DNA of 64,000 nucleotides from Candidatus Poribacteria bacterium (GTDB lineage: Bacteria; Poribacteria; WGA-4E; PCPOR2b), in the NCBI GenBank assembly GCA_965208675.1, contig OZ242351.1:4512001-4576000 (forward strand), read 5' to 3'. Shown in pieces: positions 39,247 through 48,510 of this stretch. The notes under the pieces are model-generated. The model was not told where the DNA came from and made no database searches. It was given only the letters and a program-made list of their open reading frames with translations. Made by a program: the position numbers and the translations under genes. Every line of letters starts with the position of its first letter. Positions within the stretch are counted from its first letter, which is position 1.

Positions 39247-40431
39247 TTAATTTTTAGTCGTGAGGCGCTGATAGACACGGTATTCTTCTTGAGCCTTTGC
39301 CGTGTCCCCTGCTAACTCATAAGCTTTCGATAGATTCAAATGAAATCTTGGTTCGGACGAATCTAAATGAATCGCATTTTCATACGCTTCAATGGCATGG
39401 CGGTATTCCGTCATCATCAAATATACACCGCCGAGGCCGTTATAATATGCCGCAACATCAGGACGGCGCTTTACAACCTCCTGGTATGCCTTCAAAGCTC
39501 GTCCGTAAGCTTTCAATCGAAAATAGACGAATCCTAAAGCTTCATAGCTCCGCACAGATTCAGGGTCGAGCGCTATACACTTTTCAAAGGCGAAGACGGC
39601 AGCGCCCCATTGCTCCCGTCCCATCTGAACGCGGCCCAACGAATACCAGGCATCCAGGTTCGCTGCATCGCTGCCTACGATGCGCTGCAAACGCTCAATC
39701 TCTTCCCCCTCTCGCGTCAACCGGTGAAAGGTTTCTAACGCCTCCGCCGCCTGTTCCAACATGCCCATACGGCGGTAGCAGTTGCCAAGGTTCAAGTATG
39801 CTTTGGCATTGAACGGATCTTGTTCGATTATCCGTTGGAAGTTTGTGCTCGCCGCCTCAAATTCGCCGCGCTGGAAATAAGCCAACCCGAGCGTATAGTA
39901 CGATTCCAATCGCGAAGGGTCGAGTTCTGCGGCGCGCCGGAGTTCGTGAATCGATTTATCCAGGCGTTGCTGCCGGAAGTAGGCTAAACCTAAAAGCCGT
40001 CGGCTCTCTGCATGATGCGGATCCATCTCGACCGCTTTCTGCAGCGGCGGAATTGCCTTCGACACCTGCGCCAACACCTTTAGGTAAGTATCGCCTAATT
40101 TGTAATGGGCTTCGATGTAGTCCGGGTCGGTTATTGCGGCTTGTTGAAATGCACGCGTTGCGCTTTGCCACTTCTGTTGCGACCCGTAGACCATCCCCAA
40201 GTAATAGTGTGCGTCAGCGAGCGACGAATCCAGTTCTACGGCGCGTTGAAACGCTGCCTCCGCCTTATCATAATCTCGATGAAATATAGCCCGCTGCCCT
40301 TCGTCGTAGGCGCGAAGCGCCTGGTGGGCATCGGATTTCGCATGTGACGCTGCTATAGCGCGGAAGGTCAGCGCTAAAAAAAACACGCCAACCAGAATTG
40401 GTGTGTTCAGCGTAATTAGACCACTTTTCAT
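39247..40431 (-). CDS. Secreted tetratricopeptide-repeat protein
   Basis: About 10 TPR units; likely start MKSG at 40431. Confidence 0.87.
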   Translation of the reverse strand: MKSGLITLNTPILVGVFFLALTFRAIAASHAKSDAHQALRAYDEGQRAIFHRDYDKAEAAFQRAVELDSSLADAHYYLGMVYGSQQKWQSATRAFQQAAITDPDYIEAHYKLGDTYLKVLAQVSKAIPPLQKAVEMDPHHAESRRLLGLAYFRQQRLDKSIHELRRAAELDPSRLESYYTLGLAYFQRGEFEAASTNFQRIIEQDPFNAKAYLNLGNCYRRMGMLEQAAEALETFHRLTREGEEIERLQRIVGSDAANLDAWYSLGRVQMGREQWGAAVFAFEKCIALDPESVRSYEALGFVYFRLKAYGRALKAYQEVVKRRPDVAAYYNGLGGVYLMMTEYRHAIEAYENAIHLDSSEPRFHLNLSKAYELAGDTAKAQEEYRVYQRLTTKN

Positions 40432-40577
40432 AACATCGCAAAATGCGAATAGATAGGGGAAAACCCGCCATGCGTAAGTGCACACGACGGGATTTTCCCG
40501 AATTCAAATTCAATCAGAGCGCCGCGAATTGCTAACGGCCAACAATACTAGCGTCGCTGCAGTTGAGTTTAAATTAG

Positions 40578-41459
40578 CTATCTGCGGGTTTTTATATCCC
40601 CCCATGTTGTGGACAGTTTTTCAACCGGTGCAAAACCGAGCGCAGTCGTAACGCCAAGCCCATCATTCATGATCGCCGCGATTTCCGCCCCGCTCAATAC
40701 CCGGCTGAATACCCCGATATCGTCCACTGTAACCTGTGCGGAAGAGCCATACCTGCCGCAAATATGCCAAGGACCGTGTTCATCGGTCCGAACAAACGGT
40801 TCCGTTCCGGGACCGCGATTGACAATTTGACCATTCTGGTATATCACTGTCTCTTTGCCATTTCCCGTAAAGGCGTAGTGGTTCATCTCGGCGCCGTTTG
40901 CGGGAAACCGCCAATGATGGTCCTGGGGAGGCTTGCCGTATTGCCACATCATAAACTCGCCCTCGCCGTCATCCCACGGAAAGTGAACCAGAATTCGGTT
41001 GTCCCACGGCCCGCCGGGCTCAAATGAGAAGAGATCTTTTTGGGCAAAGCTGTCGATTTTGTCGTTTCGCTGCACCCATGCGGTTATTGAAATCTCTGTC
41101 TCGTCGGGAAGATTGCCGGCATTCGCATCGTCTTCGTCAGGCCCTAACCGCTCATCCTTGATGAAGTTTGGGACTATGATAACGCTGCCCTCGCCTTCAC
41201 ATTTCAGAGCCGTGCCGAATTTGCCGTCAACCCACGACGGCCTTAGCGCATCGCTGTCAGGACGATTACCTTGCAGTCTGCCGTCCATGTCGTGGGGGTT
41301 GCCCGACGCGTCATTGGCAGTGACTCCTTCCCCCTCATCAAATAGCCAAACGGCAATAATGTCGTCGGGGTCGAGTGCGGCATGAGTCGGGGCTGTCACC
41401 ATAATCCCAAACAATGAAACGGCGCTGACGCATACCAGCGTTTTTAGCATGAGTTTCAA
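40578..41459 (-). CDS. Secreted LamG/concanavalin A-like jellyroll protein (paralog 1)
   Basis: WLFDEGEG, WVDGKFGTAL, ITAWV, DDIGVFSRVL; tail APVEKLSTTWGDIK. TTG start at 41459 after GGAGG, aligned with paralog 2. Confidence 0.85.
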   Translation of the reverse strand: MKLMLKTLVCVSAVSLFGIMVTAPTHAALDPDDIIAVWLFDEGEGVTANDASGNPHDMDGRLQGNRPDSDALRPSWVDGKFGTALKCEGEGSVIIVPNFIKDERLGPDEDDANAGNLPDETEISITAWVQRNDKIDSFAQKDLFSFEPGGPWDNRILVHFPWDDGEGEFMMWQYGKPPQDHHWRFPANGAEMNHYAFTGNGKETVIYQNGQIVNRGPGTEPFVRTDEHGPWHICGRYGSSAQVTVDDIGVFSRVLSGAEIAAIMNDGLGVTTALGFAPVEKLSTTWGDIKTRR

Positions 41460-41649
41460 TTTGCATTTCCTCCATCTACAGCCGGTACGGTATAGGATGG
41501 CCGAATGCTGCCGCTGTAGAAAAACCCATCCCGTATACCTGTACGCGGCGAGTTTTTCAAATATTGAATCTACATACAACGGCGCCAGTTGCTAAACTGC
41601 AAGCAAAACACCACTCGCGCCGTTGTGGTTATGCGTAGCAATCTCTTAG

Positions 41650-42534
41650 CTAATTTTTGGTTTTTATCACCCCCCATGTTGTTGATATTTTTTCATCCGG
41701 TTGAACATCAAGAGCCGCCGCGGCGGCAAGCCCGTCGAGCATGATAGATGCAATTTCACCTTGGGTCAATACCCGGCTAAATACGCCGATGTCGTCCACT
41801 GTAACCTGAGCGGAAGAGCCAAACCTGCCGCAAATATGCCATGGACCGTGTTCATCGGTCCGAATAAACGGCCTCGATCCGGGACCGTGATGCACCATTT
41901 TACCATTCTGGTAAATCACTGTGGCTTCGCTATTGCCGGTAAATGCGTAGTGGTTCATCTCGCCGCCGTTTGCGGGAAACTCCCACGGATTGTCGAAGTC
42001 AGGTCTGCCGTATTGCCACATTATAAACTCGCCCTCTCCGTCATCCCACGGAAAGTGCACCAGAATCCGGTTGTCCCACGGCCCGCCGGGTTGGAACGAA
42101 AAGAGGTCTCTCTGAGCCGCCGTGCCGATTTCATCGTTGCGCTGCACCCATGCGGTTATGGTAATCTCCGTCTCGTCGGGAATATTGCCGGCAGACGCAT
42201 CGTGTTCGTGGCGTCCCAATCGCTCATCCTTGATGAAATTCGGGATGACGATAACGCTGCCCATACCTTCACATTTCAGGGCCGTGCCGAATTTTCCGTC
42301 TACCCACTTCGGTTTTTCGCCGGCGTTGTGCGCCCGCTTGGTGACTTCCAACCTACCGTCCATGTCGAGCGGGTTTCCCGAAGCGTCGTTGGCAGTGCCG
42401 CCTGCGCCCTCATCGAATAGCCAAATTGCAATGATGTCGGCGGGGTCTAGGACGGCGAAAACCGGGATTATAACGATAAACCCGAACAATGAAACAGTGG
42501 CGGCGCATGCCAGTGCCTTTAGCATAGACTTCAT
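41650..42534 (-). CDS. Secreted LamG-like jellyroll protein (paralog 2)
   Basis: Same motifs; tail DVQPDEKISTTWGVIK. Confidence 0.87.
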   Translation of the reverse strand: MKSMLKALACAATVSLFGFIVIIPVFAVLDPADIIAIWLFDEGAGGTANDASGNPLDMDGRLEVTKRAHNAGEKPKWVDGKFGTALKCEGMGSVIVIPNFIKDERLGRHEHDASAGNIPDETEITITAWVQRNDEIGTAAQRDLFSFQPGGPWDNRILVHFPWDDGEGEFIMWQYGRPDFDNPWEFPANGGEMNHYAFTGNSEATVIYQNGKMVHHGPGSRPFIRTDEHGPWHICGRFGSSAQVTVDDIGVFSRVLTQGEIASIMLDGLAAAAALDVQPDEKISTTWGVIKTKN

Positions 42535-42707
42535 TTTGCATTACCTCCATCTACAGCCGGCACGGTATAGGATGGCCGAATGCTGCCGCTATAGAAAAAC
42601 CCATCACGTATACCTGTACACGGCGAGTTTTTCGAAAACCAAATCTACGTGAAACGACGCAAATTGCTAAACCGCGAGCAAAACATTACTTGCACCGTTT
42701 TGGTTAA

Positions 42708-42960
42708 AAGCCTGTTTGAATAATGGGCGGCAATGCCATTCTTGGGGGTTTGAGTTGCTATAACCGGTGGAACTTCTATCGCGCGGGATTTTCTATCGCC
42801 TTCGCTATTCGCTCAGTTAATCCAATTTGGTCGCTCGATTCCATCAAATACCTTACTCCGGCATTGGGCGGGGCAAGATGCCCCACCTACGGAGGGTAGT
42901 GAGGTACTATACACCTGCCGCACCTATGGTACTGTATAAAATGAATTTTCACACAGGTTC
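42708..42960. mobile_element. 253-bp non-autonomous element (MITE) with IS5-family-like ends
   Basis: Flanked by TAA on both sides (42705-07, 42961-63). Imperfect IR AAGCCTGTTTGAA / rc GAACCTGTGTGAA (10/13). No ORF; partial second copy at 27358. Confidence 0.65.
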
Positions 42961-43009
42961 TAAGAGAATGTATATATAGAATAAATTGCGGCCTTAATCA
43001 CGTCCACTA

Positions 43010-43047
43010 AAGAAAAACCCGCCCTACACACGTGCAGGACGGGTTGT
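43010..43047 (-). terminator. Rho-independent terminator after LamG paralog 3
   Basis: - strand CCCGTCCTGCA-CGTG-TGTAGGGCGGG hairpin with G-U pairs, followed by TTTTTCTTT. Confidence 0.7.
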
Positions 43048-43141
43048 TTTGGAAATCACCTTTGCTGAAGCGCCGCGAGCTGCTAAGCGTATTCACGTTC
43101 ATTACTCACAGTGCTTGAGTTTTAGACACGACAACGCAAAG

Positions 43142-44023
43142 CTATTTGGGAGACGACTTAATTTCTCCCCATGTTGTCGATAATTTTTCAGCCGGTTCAA
43201 CACCGAGGGCTGCAATTGCGAGTCCTTTCTGCTGAATGGACGCGATTTCGTCATCGCTAAGAACTCGGCTGAACACCCCAACGTCATCGACTATAACTTG
43301 AGCCGAGGAACCGAACCTTCCGCCGATGTGCCAAGGACCGTGTTCGACGGTTCGAACAAACGGTTTTGCACCGGCGCCCAGATGGACAAATTCGCCATTC
43401 TGGTATATGACAGTCTCTTCACCGTTGCCGGTAAAGGCGTAGTGGTTCATTTCGCCGCCGTTCCCGGGAAATTCCCAGTTGGTGCCTTGGAACGGTTTAC
43501 CATACTGCCACATAATAAACTCGCCTGCTCCGTCATCCCAGGGGAAGTGGACCAAAATTCGGTTATCCCATGGACCGCCGGGCTCATATGAAAACAGGTC
43601 TTTTTGCGCCGCGCTGCCGAGTTTATCCAGCCGCTGCACCCAAGCCGTAATGGTAATGGTTGTTTCATCGGGAAGATTTCCGGCAGCTTCATCCTCTTCA
43701 TCAGGACCTAAACGCTCGTCCTTGTTGAAATTCGGGATATTGATTACACTGCCTGCACCTTCGCATTTCAAGGCTTTGCCGAACTTGCCGTCAACCCATT
43801 GAGGTCTCAGGTTATCGCTGTCGTTGGCGCCGCCTTCAAGCGTGCCGTCCATGCTCTTGGGGTTGTCCGACGAATCTACGGTCTTATTGCCCTCACCTTC
43901 GTCAAACAGCCAAATAGCGACAATGTCAGCGGGGTCAAGTGCCGCATTGGTTGGGACCGCAACCAATAGCCCGCTCAATGCAACAGCGCTGACAAATGCC
44001 AGTATTTTTAGCGTCGGTTTCAT
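43142..44023 (-). CDS. Secreted LamG-like jellyroll protein (paralog 3)
   Basis: SD AAGGAGG before ATG 44023; tail GVEPAEKLSTTWGEIK. Confidence 0.87.
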   Translation of the reverse strand: MKPTLKILAFVSAVALSGLLVAVPTNAALDPADIVAIWLFDEGEGNKTVDSSDNPKSMDGTLEGGANDSDNLRPQWVDGKFGKALKCEGAGSVINIPNFNKDERLGPDEEDEAAGNLPDETTITITAWVQRLDKLGSAAQKDLFSYEPGGPWDNRILVHFPWDDGAGEFIMWQYGKPFQGTNWEFPGNGGEMNHYAFTGNGEETVIYQNGEFVHLGAGAKPFVRTVEHGPWHIGGRFGSSAQVIVDDVGVFSRVLSDDEIASIQQKGLAIAALGVEPAEKLSTTWGEIKSSPK

Positions 44024-44419
44024 TAGCATTTCCTCCTTTTTAGTTGGCGGATTCGCCAACATTTTTGGAATGGTGTCTGGGCAATTACCGCCCAATCACC
44101 TGTTCAGGAACGCATCGGCCACCGTACCCCTTGCGGGAGCGGATTGCTATGCGCACCATTCAAATTGCACGGGGCCTTATTCTTATTAAGAAATGGAACG
44201 ACCAAAACTCCGTACATGCCCGTTTCCGGGCAAAAATACAGTAATGCTACTATATTTAGCGATAGTATACTATATTTTGTAACATTATTGCAACAAAAAA
44301 ATGAATATAATGACCACTTAATTTCATTGGAAGTTTTTAAAAAACTGATTTTTTGCACTAACAGTATTGCCTCTCCATGCATTGACCAATGATCCCCGAT
44401 GCGTACTTTTTGGAAACCG

Positions 44420-45187
44420 TTACCGATTCAGGATTTTCATGACAATCGGGTGCAATTCCCTATTTGCGGCTACGCAAGATGTCCCTCGCACTGCGTCGCC
44501 GCCAGCCCAAGTCGTAATGACGCCGCCGGCGCCGCGAACGATGGGAATTACAGGGAGGACGTCCCACGGGTTCATGATAGGGTCGAGCATGACGTCAGCT
44601 CCGCCGCACGCGAGGAGCAAATATCCGTAGCAGTCTCCCCAGGTGCGCAAATACTTCACCTTTTGAGACAATCGCTCAAAACCCGACGACTCGTCTTGGT
44701 ATTCGGAAATGCTCAGAACGTCCGTCGTCAGCAAAGTTGCTTCGGCGAGTTTGGCAACCCTTCTCATTTGAACGCGGCTGCCGTTAACACTTGTTCGATG
44801 GTTGTCGCCGAGGCACAATATGTCCAAAATTGGCTGATTGATCGCGCCTAATATTGGCCTGTCTTCGTGAAGCAGACATATGAGCGTCCCAAAGAGCGGA
44901 CAGCCGCTGGCGAACGAGATTGTGCCGTCTATCGGATCAAGTATCCAAACAAACTCCGCACGCTCGTTTTCGTTGCCATACTCCTCGCCGATGATACCGT
45001 GGTTGGGAAATTCCCGCCGTATCAAATCGCGCATCAATGCCTCAGCTTGGCGATCCGCTAAAGTTACCGGTGTTTCATCTTCTTTGATTTCAACCTCAAA
45101 ATTCAAAGCGGCGAAGTAGGGTTTAATTACCTTTGCGCTTTCATCGGCGAGCCGACGGATAAATCGGACATATTCCTCGTTCACCAC
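44420..45187 (-). CDS. hisN: Histidinol-phosphate phosphatase, inositol monophosphatase family
   Basis: KEDETPVTLADR, GEEYG, WILDPIDGT, WGDCYGY and PWDVLP. Start is probably GTG ~45187, because the longer ORF overlaps acyP. Confidence 0.8.
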   Translation of the reverse strand: MVNEEYVRFIRRLADESAKVIKPYFAALNFEVEIKEDETPVTLADRQAEALMRDLIRREFPNHGIIGEEYGNENERAEFVWILDPIDGTISFASGCPLFGTLICLLHEDRPILGAINQPILDILCLGDNHRTSVNGSRVQMRRVAKLAEATLLTTDVLSISEYQDESSGFERLSQKVKYLRTWGDCYGYLLLACGGADVMLDPIMNPWDVLPVIPIVRGAGGVITTWAGGDAVRGTSCVAANRELHPIVMKILNR

Positions 45188-45212
45188 TTCACCATTTTTG
45201 GACAACGACACA

Positions 45213-45482
45213 TCAATACTCGATTCTAAAGGAGGTATATTCCCCGCCCAATCGGCGTTCTTCGACCTCGACAGACTCAACCACGGCGGCCGGCGGACCA
45301 CCCCGAAGGAGCGTTTCAAACTTATCAAGCACGGCTTCTTCTCCTTCGGCGGCAATCTCGACCCCTCCGCTGCGCAAGTTCCGCACGTAACCACGAATGC
45401 CGAGCCTTTGTGCAGCCTGTTGCGTAAAATAACGGAAATTTACGCCTTGCACTCTGCCGTGAATGAGAATGTAGCGTTGCAT
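45213..45482 (-). CDS. acyP: Acylphosphatase
   Basis: GRVQGVNFR, GYVRN, GGVEIAAEG and GPPAAVV; 89 aa. Confidence 0.95.
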   Translation of the reverse strand: MQRYILIHGRVQGVNFRYFTQQAAQRLGIRGYVRNLRSGGVEIAAEGEEAVLDKFETLLRGGPPAAVVESVEVEERRLGGEYTSFRIEY

Positions 45483-45682
45483 GGTTCGATTTGCTAGAAT
45501 GGTATCTCCATTCGTCGATTTGCTGCTCAGTTATTTTACCGCAAAGATCTCGGATTGCCCTGAAGCGGAATTGGAATCGGATTGACATCCTCAACACCGC
45601 GACGTTGCCGCACAGGTGCCGTATTTCAACCTCGCTTTAGGAAATCAAATCGCGGGGGTACATCTGCTACCCCTGTCCCGCT

Positions 45683-47974
45683 TCAGCCGCCTGTTGAGAG
45701 ATTCAATCTTCTGAGCGTAAATTTCGTGTATTGTTCTTCGCCTTCAACAATCTGGATAAACTGGTTGCATGAAACATCGCGGAATGTCTGTGTGATATTG
45801 GTGGTTGGCCAGAAGACTTCTAATTTTTCAATTTTTGAAGCGCCCCCCAACCCGATGGTTTGCCGCAGCGGATTGCCGCCAAAGGTGCCGCCGCTGTTGA
45901 CGTGCTTGTAAATTGAGCGCGGGGAACCGTTTTCGATGACTTGGGCATGGATGCGCGCGCCGATAGCAGAACGATTGGATTGATGTCCGACGAGTTTAAC
46001 GGTAATCCAGTGATTGCCAAAGCCGGGATTCTCATATAAGATGTTGCCGTACGCGTCTCCGGGGAGCGCACCGCCCATCTGCTCAAAGATGTCCTGGTCG
46101 CCATCGTTGTCGAGATCAGCGAAAGCCACGCCGTGCCCCTTCTGCAAATTGCTGAACCCGCCCGCAACGCTCACGTCCGCGAAGCGTAGCCCACGGTCAT
46201 TGCGGTACATGACGTTAGGCATGATATTTTCGTAGTCCGGGTAACCGGTACCGAGGTAAAAATCGAGATAGCCGTCGTTGTCCAAGTCGCCAAAGTTGGA
46301 TCCCATGGGCGCTGTAGGGCGAATCAGGTTATATTGTGTTGAAACCTCTTCAAAGCCCCCGTTCCCATCTCCGCGGTACAGACGAGCCATAACAGCGTTC
46401 ACTTGTTCGGTATGCAGTCCAATCCAACTCGCTGTGAGGTGTTCGAGTTTTGCAGAATAAGCCGAGACATACAAATCCAAGGTTCCGTCGTTGTCAAAAT
46501 CCCAAAACCAAGCCGGGAAGCTTACCTCTGGAAGGTCAACGTTGAGTTTTCTAGCCATAGGCGTGAACGTTCCGTCACCATTGTTGTGATACAAGCGGTT
46601 TCCACCCTTGAAATTCGAAACGTATAAATCTTGCCAGCGGTCCCCGTTGTAGTCGCCCCAGACAACCGCCTTCGCGAATCGATTATTCTGCACGCCCGCC
46701 TGGGCGGCGACATCTGTGAATGTCCCGTCTCCGTTATTGCGGAACAGTTGGCAAGGTGCGCGCAAGTTCTTACCATTACGCCCTTTAGAGGTTTCGTTGC
46801 CAATGTACACATCAAGGTCGCCGTCGTTGTCGTAGTCCCCCCAAGCCGCGGTGCCTGTAGGATAGTGCACTTCAGCCAATCCGGCATCGAAAGTGACGTC
46901 TGTGAACGTACCGTCGCCGTTATTGCGCAGGAGTGAGTTTGGGTGCTGTCCCTGCGCAATTAGCCAGGCGCCGCGCAATACTAGTATATCAGTGTCTCCA
47001 TCGTTGTCATAGTCCGCTTGTACCATATTCAATCCGCCGTAGACACCCGTCAGTCCCACCTCGTGTGTAACGTCCGAAAACGTGCCGTCCCGGTTATTTT
47101 TAAAGAAGTGCATCTGTCCTCGGGTGTCCCATGTCGACGTTACGATGTCGAGGTAATCGTCATTATCAAAATCGTCCACAATTGCTCCGCCCGACAGGTC
47201 AAAGGTATCAAGCCCTAACTTTGGTGCGATATTCATGAAACGCGGAATATTCTCGTCAGATTCGAAGGCTGTGCGCGGAATGAGGTATGCCTTGGGTACC
47301 TGCTCGGGGTAACCGCCGATTGTCATGTACGCGATGTTTAAAAGCCAACGTACCGCTAGATGCAGCGATTCATACGTTGTCGTATTTTCCAGTACGCGGC
47401 TGAAATAAGAGATTGCTTGTTTTGACGGCCCCTGCTGGACATGAATCCCGCCGCCTCGAATCGGGAGAACACAACTATCCGCAGTATTGCGAAGACAGCA
47501 GTTTTCCGTTTCGCCGCGCCGCATGTATGCAACTCCAAGCCGAAATAGCGTATGATTCACAATCTCCGCTGGTACCGTACTTTTCATGATTTCGGTTAAT
47601 TCTAGGGCACGCTCGAGGCAAGAGATTCCGTCTTCTTCATCTCCCAATCGAAGCAGTGCGTGTCCCAACTGCATATTCGCCATCCATCTCGTCCGATTGG
47701 ACGCTTCATCGGGCAAGCTAGATAGGTGCTTGCGAAGAAAGTGTAAATCCGAATTTCCCAAATAAGCGTTGTTCTTAGAAGTTTCATCGGCAATTGATTT
47801 AAGCAGCACAAGCATCCGCTGGTGTCCTGTCGTTTCTTTTGGCGCCGTGGGTTCGGTATTCGATGACACCTCGGATGTTGAAACCGCAAATTCAATATCA
47901 GCCGAAATACCAGCTATTTTGCCGAAAAACAGTAAGACTGACAAGAGAACTAACAGCATAGCATCCTTTTGCAT
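45683..47974 (-). CDS. CRTAC1-family protein with N-terminal TPR-like/Cys-rich region, FG-GAP repeats and ASPIC/UnbV
   Basis: Signal peptide, ENCC...DSCVLPIRGGG, DxDNDG repeats and SNRSAIGAR...IGLG...WP. Confidence 0.9.
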   Translation of the reverse strand: MQKDAMLLVLLSVLLFFGKIAGISADIEFAVSTSEVSSNTEPTAPKETTGHQRMLVLLKSIADETSKNNAYLGNSDLHFLRKHLSSLPDEASNRTRWMANMQLGHALLRLGDEEDGISCLERALELTEIMKSTVPAEIVNHTLFRLGVAYMRRGETENCCLRNTADSCVLPIRGGGIHVQQGPSKQAISYFSRVLENTTTYESLHLAVRWLLNIAYMTIGGYPEQVPKAYLIPRTAFESDENIPRFMNIAPKLGLDTFDLSGGAIVDDFDNDDYLDIVTSTWDTRGQMHFFKNNRDGTFSDVTHEVGLTGVYGGLNMVQADYDNDGDTDILVLRGAWLIAQGQHPNSLLRNNGDGTFTDVTFDAGLAEVHYPTGTAAWGDYDNDGDLDVYIGNETSKGRNGKNLRAPCQLFRNNGDGTFTDVAAQAGVQNNRFAKAVVWGDYNGDRWQDLYVSNFKGGNRLYHNNGDGTFTPMARKLNVDLPEVSFPAWFWDFDNDGTLDLYVSAYSAKLEHLTASWIGLHTEQVNAVMARLYRGDGNGGFEEVSTQYNLIRPTAPMGSNFGDLDNDGYLDFYLGTGYPDYENIMPNVMYRNDRGLRFADVSVAGGFSNLQKGHGVAFADLDNDGDQDIFEQMGGALPGDAYGNILYENPGFGNHWITVKLVGHQSNRSAIGARIHAQVIENGSPRSIYKHVNSGGTFGGNPLRQTIGLGGASKIEKLEVFWPTTNITQTFRDVSCNQFIQIVEGEEQYTKFTLRRLNLSTGG

Positions 47975-48195
47975 GCCTAATCACCCGCTAAATCAGATAG
48001 AATTAACAGTTTCATGCAACCCAAAATTTACACCGGCGAACTTCCCGTATAGTATTGTTGAGTTGAGCGTGTTATCGAACACCATTCATCCTGTTGATTA
48101 TCGCCACAGATTGCGACGCTTCTCGCCAACCGAACCGACGGCTAATAATTGAATAGATTGTTTCTAATTGACCGCAAATTGCGGACATTTTTTAT

Positions 48196-48224
48196 TGGAC
48201 AATTTGCGGCGATTGCTCTAAAAT
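48196..48224 (+). promoter_or_regulatory. Putative sigma70 promoter upstream of adk
   Basis: TGGACA-N17-TAAAAT. Confidence 0.45.
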
Positions 48225-48510
48225 GGAAACGAATTACATACAGGCCTTAATGCCGTTATTGAATTCAGCATTCCGGAATTAATTCGAACCCATCCAATAT
48301 CGTATCACGCCGAAAAACACCTTGTCAAGAGGGGAGTCTTGTACTCACCAAGGACAAAAAATGAGATAATATGCCATTTTTTTCTGTGGGTTCGGCGAGC
48401 CTGTTTGAGGCGGTATTTTGCATTAATAGACGGCAGGATTACTAAATATATGAACATCGTTATATGAACCCGAAATTGCGGACATTTAAGAGGAGGAAGG
48501 TTTTTAGCTA

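Noticed and set aside
40578-41579. 333-aa long start for LamG paralog 1
   Set aside because: Alignment with paralog 2 and the SD place the start at TTG 41459; the upstream stretch is the duplicated non-coding leader.
44420-45394. 324-aa ORF-track version of hisN overlapping acyP
   Set aside because: The N-terminal 69 aa are an alternative frame of acyP; IMPase similarity starts near 45187.
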